The notes: generated by a model not told the origin, from the letters alone. A DNA stretch of 56,739 nucleotides, filler included, from Dirinaria sp. TL-2023a (GCA_051941275.1; 2 parts of 2 records of this genome joined end to end with filler, not necessarily neighbours in it); one strand, 5' to 3'. Counted from the first letter of the whole stretch, positions 23,840 to 36,540 are shown. Numbers and translations: made by a program.

Positions 23840-25561
23840 ATGGATTTCTGGCGGCTATTAGGCCACAGCAAAATCTCATTTTATCACCATTCGCATCCAG
23901 TCACGATTCAGAAAAGGAACGGAGATAAAATCAACTTATTAGAGCTTGTTCAAAGTGCGACGCCGCCGTGCCGATTGAATCCGTTCCTGTTCAACGGCCA
24001 TCTACAAACATTGTGGACGACTGTTAAAAGCAAAGACATCCCAATATACTACAAGCGAAAAGTGTTCGAGGCCGAGGATGTCACATATGCAGGATCTTTC
24101 GCGGTCGACTTCGTTGTAGCCCCAAACGAGCTAAGTGATGATGCGCTACCGCCTCGAACGAGTTACTTCAATGACTCCGAATTCGAGAGTTTCGTAGCGT
24201 TAGATGCTAAGCCAATGCTTGTCGTGCTTCACGGCCTAGTTGGCGGTTCTCATGAAATTTACTTGAGACAAGTAATCCGTCCAATAGTCGAAGCAGGCTG
24301 GGAGGCTTGTGTTGTAAATTCTCGAGGTTGCGCAGAGAGCAAGCTCTCTACTGGAGTGCTTTATAATGCTCGAGCTACATGGGACCTACGGCAAACCGTA
24401 AGGTGGTTGAAAAAGGCTTTCCCAAATCGCCGTCTTTTTGGGCTTGGATTTTCATTGGGAGCCAATATAATGGTCAATGTATGTCTGCCAATGGAATAAG
24501 TCCTGCGTTGCATTAGTCAGACTCTAATGACGTGGAATATCTTTCGCAGTACCTTGGCGAAGAAGGTTCCTCCTGCATGCTTGAGGCCGTCGTGGTTTGC
24601 TCGAACCCGTGGAATCTCGAAGCTGGTTCTTTAGCCTTGCAGCGGTCCTGGCTTGGACTTCACGTCTATTCGAGAGCAATGGCAACCAATATGAAGACAT
24701 TGTTTGAAAAGTAAGCGCTAGTGTAGGCTTCGAGTAGGCGGCGAGTCCTAATTCATTGGTCCTTCCAGACATTTATATGCCATGTCGAAAAACTCGAGAA
24801 TTGATGTTGCCAAAGTTCGAAGCATCAAATACCTCTACGAGTTCGATAGGTCGGTCCGGTATCGTCTCCGCTTACTATTCTTGACTAATTGAAGAACAGA
24901 GAACTTCAAGGGCCAGTAAGTATTTAAAAAACATTGGAATTGTTTTAAACCCCTTGTCGTGAACTCTACCACGAGTTTGTATAGCAAACGCCCCATGATT
25001 GCCGTCGATTTTTTTCTGGGTACTGTTCGAGGAGCTCGCTGATCCAACAGGTATGACAGACCTGGGGGTATCCCACAGAAGGAGCATACTATCGCGACGC
25101 TTCATCTGTCGACTCATTGCTCGCCGTTCGAGTACCTCTGCTTGCTATTCACGCAGAAGACGATCCGGTAATAATGCTTCAAATTTCGAGTTTGTTGGTA
25201 GAAGAGGCTAAGGAATTTCAGATCGCTACCAAGGAAGGGTTACCTCTCGAAGAATGCAAACAGAATCCATATGCAATTTTATGCACCACCTCCTTAGGCG
25301 GCCACCTGGGCTGGTTCGAGACAGGGGGTGACAGATGGTTCGCTAAGCCGGTCAGTGCCCACCTCTTCAATGTTGATACATTCAATGACCTTGACATAGG
25401 CAAGTCAATTCCTCGTCAAAATAGCGACCGAATTCAAGTCCATGGAGTGCAGGCAACACTCGGAGCAAACTAGAGTGGTCGATGGGATCGCACTTAGCAA
25501 AGCCAGTCATGCCTTTGAGCCAATGCGGCGAAAGTTGTTCGTCCCCCAGAAAGGAGAATAG
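23840..25561 (+). CDS. AB hydrolase-4 family esterase/acyltransferase (EHT1/EEB1/ABHD-like)
   Basis: LFNGHLQT, VLHGLVGGSHE, VVNSRGC, nucleophile GFSLGANI, GYPTEGAYYRDASS, HAEDDP (Asp), GGHLGWF (His); several introns and a 16-nt micro-exon at 24900-24915. Confidence 0.88.
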
Positions 25562-25592
25562 TGATTATTGCCCCCACTAAAGTATAGCGTAG

Positions 25593-26270
25593 TCACTGTT
25601 TAGCAAATGATACTTGTTTCCTGCCAGGAATTGTAGATCTTTCTGGCTTAGGGAGATCCTCCGCGGGCTCGATTAGATCAGATTTTGACTTTCTCTTCCG
25701 CTTGCGGCGTATCGAGTCCTTAGTTTCCTCCTGAGCGATGTTAGCCTGCAGAGGATTGTAGTCGGGGAGAGAATGAATCTGGTCAAATATACCAATTTCG
25801 CCTGCTTCTCCTCTTGTCGGGCCTCCAATTGCTTGCGCCTTGCTTCCCGGATCTCCTCCATCTGCCTGCTCTTCATCATCTTACTTTCAATCTGACCTTC
25901 TTTGCTCGCATTGACGATAGCGAGTATGGTCATCATGCTTTCCTGCTGGACGTTAGGAACTTTACAGGCACCGACCGCAGAACCGAGGAGACTATACCTG
26001 ATCATCTACAAAAACTTTGCCCTTCTTTTTGCCTCTCGGCTGCTCTGGGACCGCTGGTGTGATCATATTGAGCTTTGGTATGCCTAATTCCTTGTCTGTG
26101 TAGACTTTGCGTTTTTTCTTGATAATCCCTGTACTAGGTTTGGTTTTTTGTTGAACTGGCGGTGGAGCCTTTGGCTTCTTCGAGATCTTCGTTGTTGATT
26201 TCTTGTTGTTTAAATTTTGCTTGGACTTTTTGGGCCCAGCCTTCGCATTAGAGCCCTTGACGGGCGCCAT
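25593..26270 (-). CDS. LOC1: 60S ribosome assembly/export protein Loc1
   Basis: Lys-rich; [58 protein letters not shown]; two introns; ends RKQVSFAKQ*. Confidence 0.85.
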
Positions 26271-26448
26271 GCTTTTGAAGTGATATGCTAAAGCAGTCGA
26301 ATGATAGATGGGAGCTTGAAGACTTGGCAGCAGGTGTTTGCCGAAATAAGTTTAGCGCTATGACGCTTCACGGCCTACTTTTACCTTACCACTGCTGCTG
26401 TCTCCAAGCATCGCCTTCCAGTTCGATGTCTTCGATTCTTTAGTTTGA

Positions 26449-28298
26449 ATGTTCATAAATGCTTCTAGGAGCATAATACATAATAGTTTTAACACCCTGT
26501 TCATTCATTCTCACCACCGAGTTTGGCGATTCTCTGGTTCCTCTGAGAATGCCAGACTGCTACATCACCTCATCCAGGTAATTCTACTGGCATGGTTCCT
26601 TTGAAGCCTTAGATACTGACCCATGGAGGCCCTCAAGGCTGAAGCATCGACTGCGCCACGACATGCGCCCTTGAAAACCATGTTCCCACATCCAGATCAA
26701 GGGGTCCCGGTGACTGAGCCGATTGTCCATGAATCCCCTAACAGCATGGAGGATCTGGCGCTGAAGCAGCAACGCAAGGCACAAAAGAAAAAAGCACGGC
26801 GCGCAAGGCGAGGCAAAAAGAAGGAGACTGCTGCACTAGATATTCCAAAGCCTGGCGTCAATGTATTCGCGACATCACAAGCAATCACACCCCAACCTTC
26901 ACGAGAGTCCGAGTTTGGAGAACAAACATCAAAAGCAGACCATCCCAAATCTACGCGCCGCCAACGCAAATTGCAACAGATGCTCGAAACGGAACTCTCA
27001 GATATTTTGGAGCAGACGAGCATTACTCCCCCGGATGCTGAACCTGAAACTTCAGTAAACCCAAGTCAAGCTCCCACCGCGAACTCTACGAGTCACAAAA
27101 TCAGCAATGGCGTCACAGAGGGTAATCACGTCTGGTACCAAGCCAATCCGACTCCAAGTGCGGCAACGTCTACTTGTTCCTTCCAGCAGGACTCTTCGCC
27201 GGCGCTTAGAGGAGATGCGACGGGATTGCAGCAGAAATATCCAGAGTTTGTTCTTCCGCTCCCCAAGCTATGAGACTACCACCATAGCTTATTGAAACCT
27301 GTCCTACTAGGTTCAATATCGTACCATCCTACAATGTCCTACCAATAGCGCCATTGGGCACGCTTACGACCCCAATTCATGATGTCTTCAGCACGCCCTC
27401 AGTGGCCCACAATAGGTTTGGGAAACCTATCAAGACAGCACCCTTTGCAAACCAACCGGCGCGTGGCCTGTCGACTACTTCGCCTCCCAAGGCGACCCCC
27501 TACAGCGCCCCAAACTCGGATCCACAACCGCAACCCGCGAAAAGATCGCCTTCACCACCAAAGCCAAAACGCCAGCAATCTCCCGCAAAAGAGAAGCCAC
27601 TGCCCGCACCGACTCCGACACCTCTCTACCTCTCCCAAGCCAGCCTCGAGCCAACCCCACTATCCAAACCCCAACGCCTCCTGCTCGTACTCGACCTAAA
27701 CGGCACCTTACTTTACCGCTCAAAGGGCAGCTCGACATACCGCGCCCGTCCATCCCTCCAGCCCTTCCTCGAATACTGTCTGAACGAGCACTCGGTCCTG
27801 ATCTGGTCCTCGGCGACCGCACCCAACGTGACCACGATATGCTCGCGCCTCTTCACCACGGCGCAACAGCAGCAGCTGCTCGGGAAATGGGGCCGCAACA
27901 CGCTCGACCTGACCACGGAGCAATACTACTCCAAATGCCAAGTGTACAAGCGGCTGGACCGGATCTGGGACGGGCGGGCAGCAGCAGCAGCCCTGCAGAA
28001 CTCGCATCCGCATCCGCCAGCAGCGAGCGGGAAATGGAGCCAGGCAAACACGCTTTTGCTCGACGACAGCGCCGCGAAGGGGCAAGCCCAACCGCATAAT
28101 CTGGTGGAACTGCCCGAGTTCACGAGGACGGGGGAGACGGATCGAGGTGGAAAGGAGGAGGTGCTGGGCCAGGTGGTGGCGTATTTGGAGGAGGCGAGGC
28201 GCTGGGCCGATATCAGTGCTTTTGTGAGGAAGTGGCCGTTCAAGGTCGATGCGGGCTGGAAATGGAACTGGGATCAGGCGCGAAAGAGTACTTCGTAG
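26449..28298 (+). CDS. FCP1-homology/NIF-type HAD phosphatase-like protein with long disordered N-terminus
   Basis: LLVLDLNGTLL, RPSLQPFLEY, IWSSA, KRLDRIW, NTLLLDDS..K..QPHNL; intron 27246-27310; likely upstream exon 26449-26577 (alternative start at 26623). Confidence 0.8.
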
Positions 28299-28347
28299 AG
28301 CGGGATTTCATTTGCAGAGCAAGCAAGCAAATTAGGTACTCCGGGGG

Positions 28348-28447
28348 NNNNNNNNNNNNNNNNNNNNNNNNNNNNNNNNNNNNNNNNNNNNTTAATTAAT
28401 TAANNNNNNNNNNNNNNNNNNNNNNNNNNNNNNNNNNNNNNNNNNNN
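28348..28447. other. Artificial assembly spacer (44 N + TTAATTAATTAA + 44 N)
   Basis: Exactly 100 bp; the central 12-mer (28392-28403) carries stop codons in all six frames, a typical contig-joining linker. Confidence 0.95.
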
Positions 28448-28865
28448 GAGGAGAAGGGGAAGGCAGGCCTTTGCCCGCGGGTTTGGGGCGAATCAAATGG
28501 AGGATTTCCCTTATCGGGCGATAAGAGCAATGAAATCCAATGGGCAATGGCCGTTATCAAAAGCCAACGCTCGTTCCCTCGATTTCAGAGCTCAGCGAGC
28601 CGCTCGAAGCTCGGTGAGAAGCCTTCTGTTCTGCCCCGTCTCGGACATGTCGCAAGCACGACTATGCACGGCATCTGATGTTCGTGCAACCTTAGTCGCC
28701 TTGCGCTCTGCGTCCATGTGCCTGCTACCTCCAAACATGATCACCTTCAAGCAGAACCACTGACAGGAGGTAAGTACCGAGGGGGAAAATCCAAGCACCT
28801 CATCTGCACAAGCGCACCCAATAAAGCGGTCTACGTGACCTCATCCTTCCATCCCCCGTGATGCC

Positions 28866-31800
28866 ATGACCTCATCTTCATCATATAAACGCGCTCGGCT
28901 GTCCGCGTCCAGCCCCGATGACCTACAGCCCTTCCATCATGCTTCTGATTCTCCGCCTACCCTAACACCGCATTCATCCTCCTTCTCCTCTGCTTCTCAA
29001 TCCAATGTTGCTTCGTCCTCCTCTTTCCGGAATGTCTCGGCCTGCAATCGCTGCAGAGTGCGCAAAAACCGCTGCGATCAAAATCTCCCGGCCTGCTCGC
29101 CCTGCGAAAAGGTGGGCGTGAAATGCACGGGTTTCGATCCAATTACCAAGAGGGAGATCCCTCGCACGTATGTCTATTACCTCGAGAGCCGAGTCAAGTA
29201 CTTGGAAGGCCTGCTCGCAAGTCATGACATCAAATTTGGCTCTCCAGAGGAGTTCGATCTGGGCGCAACACCGATCTTGGATAATTCCTCTAGCCGTGGC
29301 CCCGTAGACGGGGATCACCGAGTGTCAAGAGACGGTCAAACAACTTTAACAAAGGCGAAGGTGGACTTCAAGCCAAATGAGGTTGAGAAGCTCGATAAGC
29401 TGGTGTCTAACATTGGGATGGTTTCTGTTCAGGGGACCTCAGATCCACGCTTCCTGGGATCAACCTCTGGCATCTCGTTTGCGCGTGTTGTGTTAGCGGC
29501 CGTGAAGAGTTCGCTCCCGAACGCGAGCTCCAGCAAGAGCAATGCCGCGAAAACGAGGCAAGTGGCGAAGGCCCCTACCACCAGTGCACCGTCCATGAGA
29601 GGTACGTGCAGTGTACCCACAAGTGACATGAGTATAGGCTCACAGTCTAAAATTTGCGCATTGACCAGATTCGTTCTTTGGCTTGCAGTCTCGGCCAACA
29701 ATCAATCCGGCTCCCTTACCAGACGAGGATATTGGAAAGCGCCTTGTCGAGCTCTACTTTGAGCACGCCAATCCGCAAATTCCGATTTTGCACCGAGGGG
29801 AATTCATGACACTTTTTGCACGAGCGTACCGAGCTAAAGTGAAATCGTCTCGTGAGCTCTACATGATGAACATCGTTTTTGCGATAGGGGCTGGCATCAT
29901 ATATGAAGACAAGCGAAGAACGACTTCCACCGGCTCAACTGTGGAAAGACCTGAGGTTCCAAATGAACAAAAACAGCCTGAAGAATATCATTCTGCTGCG
30001 ATGCAGCATTTGGAATCGTTCCTCGGTTCTACGCCGGTCACCGACCAGTCCGGGTTTGGAGGCGGATTAGAGGAACTGCAGGCTGTGCTACTCCTGGCTG
30101 GCTTTGCATTGCTGAGACCCGTGGGTGAGTGAGTGCTATTCTCTTTGAGATTTCTCGTTCAAATATCCGTAAATATTCAAATGTCCTGCTACCGCACATG
30201 ACGGTGCGATGAACTTTTGCAAAGTCTATAACGGTCCAAGCATCGAGACGTTTGTCGAATGAGGCAATATAAGGCTAATGTTTAATCTTGTGCCGGCTTT
30301 CATTTTCCATACTTTTTTTTTTCTTTTTTTTTTGTGTTGGGGGGGGGATGGATGCGTGGAGTGGGCTTTCGTGACCCGGAATATCAACTGAAAGGTCTCC
30401 TATCAATACCAGATGGCAGAGTCAACTGCTTCGGATCTTTGCCCCCACTCAAAGTATTTTGACAGCCCTCATGGTCTACGGTCTCAAGCAAATTACAGTG
30501 TTCTTCTTGTACTTGTGTTCGTTCCAAAAAGGTGCGCTGACAAATGGTGGAATCATGTAGCACCAGGACTTTGGTATATCACCGGAGTAGCTGTTCGTCT
30601 AGCCGTAGACCTGGGCCTACACTACGAAGACGGCTCGGAGGCGGTACAATTAAACGAGAAGTTACCGTCCACCAAGGCGAAGATTACTCAGAGCGAGGAA
30701 AAGGGCCGTAGGGAGTGGATGCAAGACCTGCGCCGCCGCTTGTGGTGGTGTGTGTACTCGTTCGACCGCTTAGTGAGGTAAGGATACCTTGTTACTCGCT
30801 GGGCGTTGCTATCCAGGAGCTCACTTCTTAAACTCTATAGCACCTGTGTTGGACGACCATTCGGAATTACAGATCAAGTCATAACCACCGGGTTTCCATC
30901 CCTACTAGATGATGTCCTAATTACTAGATCAGGCTTCTCTGTCAAACCGGAGGCGTTTTCTGGCGCAAGCTACAAGCGAGTGTCTCATCACTACTTTCGT
31001 CTTCGTCTCCTCCAATCAGAAATCCTGCAAGTTCTACAGTATAGGCAGGCTCAGAGAACACATCAAAGTAAGAGAGACAGGCCTAATGAGTTCATGCATA
31101 CTAGGCTATCTTCGTCCTTCCTGCAGAATTTCGCTTCTTTTCATGCTTGGAGGAAAGACATCGATCGTCGACTCTGGGAATGGAAGGAGAGTGCACCGCT
31201 CCAAGAGGACACCACAGTTCAGTTCTCGGTTAAATTCCTGGAATTGAACTATTGGCAGGCAGTCATTATGCTATATCGACAAAGCTTAAGTGTCCCGCCT
31301 GTACTGGCGGGTGAGATGAGTCCTGATGATGATGTCGCCAGTCCGATGTCGATAGGTCTAGACGAGCCAGAGAACGAGGATGATATCTTTTTGAAGGTTG
31401 CGGAGGCCGGCCAATCGGTCTTGAAGCTATACCGCCAACTCCACCGTGTGCACCTGGTGAATTACACCTATCTAGCAACGGTTCACCTTTTCATGGCCGG
31501 TATTGCATTTCTCTATGCCATATGGCATTCGCCCACGGTTCGAAGCCGTTTGTCCCTTGAAGATGTTGAGTACACGGTGCATGCGGCAACGTCGGTCTTG
31601 GCCGATCTAGTAGAGAAGTGCCCGCCGGCGGAGGCTTGCAAAGATGCTTTCGACCGAATGAGTAAAGCTACAATCAAGATGGTCCTTTCCACGACCGGGT
31701 TCATGGCCCCACTGGGTGAACAAGTCTCCCGCCGGTCACAACAGGATTACAACAGCCCTCCGTCTCCCCAACCAATCAAAGGTGACCTTTCACAGCAGAG

Positions 31801-32218
31801 CTGCGTACGTTCCTCCCGGCCTTCGCCCCAATTCGATATGAATCTTCGTGACCTCTTCCCTGAGGTGCAGGATGGGCCTGCCTTCGACGGGAGCTTCGGT
31901 CATTGGCAGTCCTCTGCTCCAAACGTACTTCCAAGTCAAGCTGCGTCGCAATTCCATCAGACTTCGAATTTCCCAACAGCGCAGCCGCAGTACGTTCCGG
32001 TTCCGCAGCAGCCAGCGCCTACGTCAAACGCGAGCCTGCATACCGAACAGTACTCGTTTCCGAATGATTTGGATATGTTATTCATGAACGACGAGACTGT
32101 TATGTTTGGTGGCAATCCTGGCCTGGATCTGGGTCTCACTGGAGATCACAATTGGGCAGACGGTGCACAGGTGGATCTCTTTGATGGATTCTTTTTCGGG
32201 GGCACGAACAGCTGTTGA
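28866..32218 (+). CDS. uaY: Zn(II)2Cys6 transcription factor, positive regulator of purine utilisation (UaY/Ppr1 family)
   Basis: FRNVSACNRCRVRKNRCDQNLPAC..CEK.GVKC.GFDPITKREIPR.YVYYLESRV; fungal TF domain (LQAVLLLAGFALLRPV|APGLWY, DLGLH, RRRLWWCVYSFDR); introns 29602-29668, 30125-30560 and about 30778-30840. Confidence 0.88.
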
Positions 32219-32875
32219 AGACTCATTCATCAAGCGAAAGCGAAAGCGGCAGCGGCGCGGAACAGACCATGCTGTCAGAGTACCGAAAGCTTCGCCGCGA
32301 AATGCGAAGGCATCTCTCAATTCCAAAGGCCTGGTGCAAGGCAGTTAAGTCCTTCCTTCACTGTGCAAGTATTGGAAAGCCTTGTGGGCTCGCGACACTG
32401 CATAGCAATACTCATATCCCGGCAGGAATCACTGTGTATCCCATGCATCAGCCGGGTGCTTGTTTGGGTTGGGACTGCCACCAAAATCCTGCTTGGCCCT
32501 GAAATGATTACCCAATGGTACTGGTGCATCAGATCCTGCCAGATGTCGGCGGGATGTGCGGGCTTGCTTGCTCTTGCTGACGGGGCGGGAGAAGGTGAAA
32601 TGAGTCTTGATGAGTTCACGAGGAAGGCTTCGGATATCAATCATACTATGCAATCATACCGTAGGTGCCGCAGCGTTGCTAGTATTTAGCATACCCGTAG
32701 ATTGACAGCGTAGAACTCATAAGCTCGAAGCGGAACGCATACATATATGTACCTACCATTTTCGACCTTGTTGACATCACAATCCCCTTTTCTTTTTTTC
32801 TTTTTGTCTTTTTTTTTCCCCGGTGTGTGCGAGTTAGGGCAAGTTAAGGTACGCAGTCATTGAATGTTGGTTGTG

Positions 32876-32901
32876 TCATACCTACCTTAAGGTAGGTATG
32901 A
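32876..32901. repeat. Perfect 26-bp palindrome TCATACCTACCTTAAGGTAGGTATGA
   Basis: Reads identically on both strands; built from the TACCT/AGGTA motif seen throughout intergenic DNA. Confidence 0.95.
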
Positions 32902-33417
32902 ATGATAAAATAATATACACTTAAGATAGTTTACATGTATGAAGCCGGAGGCCCAGCCTCCCAGCCTCCCCTTTTCAGGTACGGGGACACCAGCCATCCA
33001 TGTTTAAGGTCCCAGCCACAGCCGAGGCGAGTGACACGCCAGCGAAACCGCGAACCACGACCACCCAAAACCTACCCGACCGATGACCCCGTCTCGCCCG
33101 TCCCCCACCAGACATTAGGTATTACCTATCATCATATCACTACCTGATTGACATTTCAATCCAGGGCACAAATCATCCATGCTGCCTTGATCTTTGACCT
33201 CGTCCCTTCTTCGTCGTCTTCCTTTTCCTCCACCCAGTCACTCGTTTGCCGTCTTCCTTGGAACCTGCGTGTGGCCTCTTTCCCCCCCACGTAGACTCCC
33301 AATTCGAACGACGTCAGTATCACAGCAACCACGTAACTACCCGCTCTCAACTTCTGCCATCCGTCGGCGCATGAACACGGAACGGTTTGCCTCGACACAC
33401 GGCCACTTCTCCGGGCA

Positions 33418-34113
33418 ATGCCTCCTTTCCTGAATTACCGGTCACGAGCGTCCTTACTCTCCACCCACATCCTCTCGCTTCGCCCCTCCATCCCCCCAAG
33501 CTTACACTCTCCTCCGCGATCATCTTCTTCCAGCACGCCCACATACACGACCGAGCCATTAAAGCATCTCACCCGATCCCTTGCATCCCTCTTTCGACGG
33601 CAGGTCGACCCTGCCGTTATTCCAACCACATATTCCGGTCTCAATGCTGGACCAACACCCGGCACTGTTGTGGGCATAGTCTTCGGCTCTGTCGCAGCGT
33701 TCTTATTGGTGTTGTGGCTCATATACTCAATCTTCATGACCCGCCCGTTCAGTCGCGATATATCTTCTGTGGAGGAAGAAGTTGTGGTGCGCCGGAGATC
33801 ACGCTCCCCTCGACGCAGCTCCCCGCGGCGAAGCTCCCCTCGAAGACCGCCGTCAAGTCGGTCGCGGAGCGAAACAATTGAAGTGTCGCGAAACCGCAGC
33901 CCACCGCGCAGGGAGACGAGAAGGGAAACCGTGATCCTCGAAGAGACCAGAAGAGCTCCACCCCCCCAGGACGACATTGTGGAGGTTATCGAAGAGCACA
34001 GTCCTGTAAGGCGCGTGAGGCGCGAAAGCCGACGGGAAAGCGGCTACAGAACTGTCGACCCGGAAGCTTACGGAGGTGGTGATCGACCGCTGAGGAAAGT
34101 CAGTCGGAGGTAG
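33418..34113 (+). CDS. Hypothetical single-pass membrane protein with Arg/Ser-rich cytoplasmic tail
   Basis: 231-aa ORF; PGTVVGIVFGSVAAFLLVLWLIYSIF transmembrane helix, then RRSRSPRRSSPRRSSPRR and EVIEEH segments. Confidence 0.7.
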   Translation: MPPFLNYRSRASLLSTHILSLRPSIPPSLHSPPRSSSSSTPTYTTEPLKHLTRSLASLFRRQVDPAVIPTTYSGLNAGPTPGTVVGIVFGSVAAFLLVLWLIYSIFMTRPFSRDISSVEEEVVVRRRSRSPRRSSPRRSSPRRPPSSRSRSETIEVSRNRSPPRRETRRETVILEETRRAPPPQDDIVEVIEEHSPVRRVRRESRRESGYRTVDPEAYGGGDRPLRKVSRR

Positions 34114-34858
34114 TTCCTAAGGCACTGCTTCTCAAAGCGAGGAGCTCCCACGAAATTTGCGATACAACTATGATCCCTTCGGAACAACGCCGAAGCACCT
34201 TCAACACAGTACTACTAGGGATTACCGGCGAGAAGAAATTCGTTTTGTTGGACATGGTGGAGAAGGGGGAATCGGGCTGGGAATTAGCATGGCGAATGAG
34301 GCTCCCAGACTCTGGGATGGGTTCTTGGAGCTACGAACGTTTTTTTGTATACATGCATTGGGTGGGGCAACGAAGTGTCGAGAGCGATCTCTCTCCGAGG
34401 GCCTGTTGCGCCTTTTTCTTGTGCTGCTTTGGCGAGCACTATGCGTGTACAATCATGTCGTCTATATTGCAAAATGCAAGTCGGAACAAACCCCATTCTT
34501 GGTATAGCGATAGGAACTCATCATCGTTCCGCCTTATTCATTATTGCATACTGCTTCGCCCCATTTCCTCTTATTTGTCTCAATGTTACCAATATGGGCA
34601 GCATTGATGATTAAATCAGGTCGAGTATTTACTCGCACTAGGCATTTCTCGCCACCACTGCTGGCTAAATGCGGCTGTGCTCCTCGCCTTACGCAATACC
34701 ATTTTCCACTGTCGAGACGTTCTCTCATCATTCATTCCTCGACTCCATACTCGTCGATACTTCTTGCGTGAGTTCGTCTGCAACTGTAACAGTCTTTGAC
34801 GGCTCCCTCGTGAGCCTACAACGCGACCATCGCTGGATCCGCCCTCCATCATCAAACC

Positions 34859-35315
34859 ATGTCCGATAAATACGTAAGCCTTTCTACTACATCTCTCAAT
34901 CTTCACAAGCATCTCACTAGTAATCTTATCCTTCAAGGACGCGCCGAACCACCCACCGCCCGCACACCTTGATGCCGGTCCGTACGCTCCCGCTTCCGAC
35001 CCCTCCCCCGGCTCCGGCGCTATGGAATATTACAATCCAACTCAGCAACATCAACAGCAATACCCTCAAAATAACTACGGACCTCCTGTGCCATATAATC
35101 AAGGCGGCTACGGCCCTCCACAGCCATACTATGGTCCGCCGCAGCAGCAGCAACAAGGCATGTATTACGGCCCACAGCAGGGCTATCCGCCACAAGGCTA
35201 CCAGCCGCAAGGGTATTATGCCAATCGAGGAAACGGACCAGGTGCTGCAGAAGGGATATGTGCGGGTCTCCTGGGCGCGTTGGCGTGTTGTTGCTGCATC
35301 GACTTTTTGTTCTAG
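34859..35315 (+). CDS. CYSTM-domain (cysteine-rich transmembrane module) protein
   Basis: MSDKY|intron|DAPNHPPP..; Pro/Gln/Tyr/Gly-rich repeats ending GICAGLLGALACCCCIDFLF*. Confidence 0.85.
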
Positions 35316-36540
35316 GTGGGGCAAATACAAGGGGGTTGAACGGGAGTAGGTAGGCGGCGAGGAAAATAACTCTGGTCTGCGGTTTACCCTGCCCCTAACT
35401 TGTCGGAGAGTATGTGACAGTATTTGACAAGGACGCGAAATGGGAAGAAGACACTTTCAAACCCTTCACGACTATGAATTGGTTCGCAACGTCTTATTAT
35501 GGGGAATAAAGCATTAAGAGCAGTCTGGGAACGAGATGCATCTAACCGGGGAGGAGCGCATTTTGAAAACGGCATTTAATCCTCGAAATTTAAGACCTTT
35601 AGAAAGATTCAGCCATGCACCAATCCGTTCTGATCTCCCAGCACCAAGCTTTTCCTTGTCCAATCCTGGCTACAAGTGTCTCTGTATCCTTGAGTCGTCT
35701 CTGTTGCACGGAGACACCGCTCGTTTTCCTTCTATCCCTGAGTGTTTCCGTGACAAAAGGTTGACGAAATCTCGCCTAGATCAGCCTCCATCGGGATACA
35801 TCGACTTTATCCAGTGAGTACAGGCTAGTGATAGGATCGATGGAAGCCTCTTTAGTGCCACTAACTTTTCCTCGTTGCGACTACTGTTTTCAAAAACGTT
35901 TTGTCTATACTCCTGCGGCTGTGAGCTTCTTCTTCTTCTTCTTCTTCTTCTGCTGCTGCTGCAGCTGCTGCTAGAGATCAAGATATATATGACGTCTCTC
36001 CTCCACTCGGCCTGCCAAAGTGACAAGCCTCTTGGTGGCCGGAAGTCGAGCTGAGTCGAGTCGAATGAGACATAAAAATGCATCATGTTCAACGGAATTA
36101 GGCAAACAGTCTGCACGAGCTGCAGCAGTCTTCGAGACGAAGCTATGTAAACTGCCCCCTTAGCTGCTCCTAACAACGAGGTCACAATCAAAGCACCTCT
36201 AAGAGCGCCGAACGGAGGCGTGAAGCCATCAGCGACGTAATAGCACGGCTTCTTCAAAGATTTCTACATCACGGGTTTCCATAGGATAATGCTAGCCCTG
36301 ATCGGGATATGACGCTCTTGTACAGAAATGATTCGAAAGACACTGACTGGCATGCGCGTAAGCACTGAGCGTGCTCTTTCGTCCATAACACAAAGAGTAC
36401 ATAATGCCATTACCGTCATGTTCCACAGAGCTCCCATTCCGACTGTAGCGATTAACGACAAACGCCGTCTCATCTTCTACTGTATTCTGCTTGGGGGTTC
36501 ATAAAAGGTTTAGCTGCTCAACTCTAGCCATAAGCACAGG

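Noticed and set aside
28392..28403. TTAATTAATTAA palindrome inside the N run
   Set aside because: Synthetic six-frame-stop contig linker, not biology; it also makes synteny across this point uncertain.
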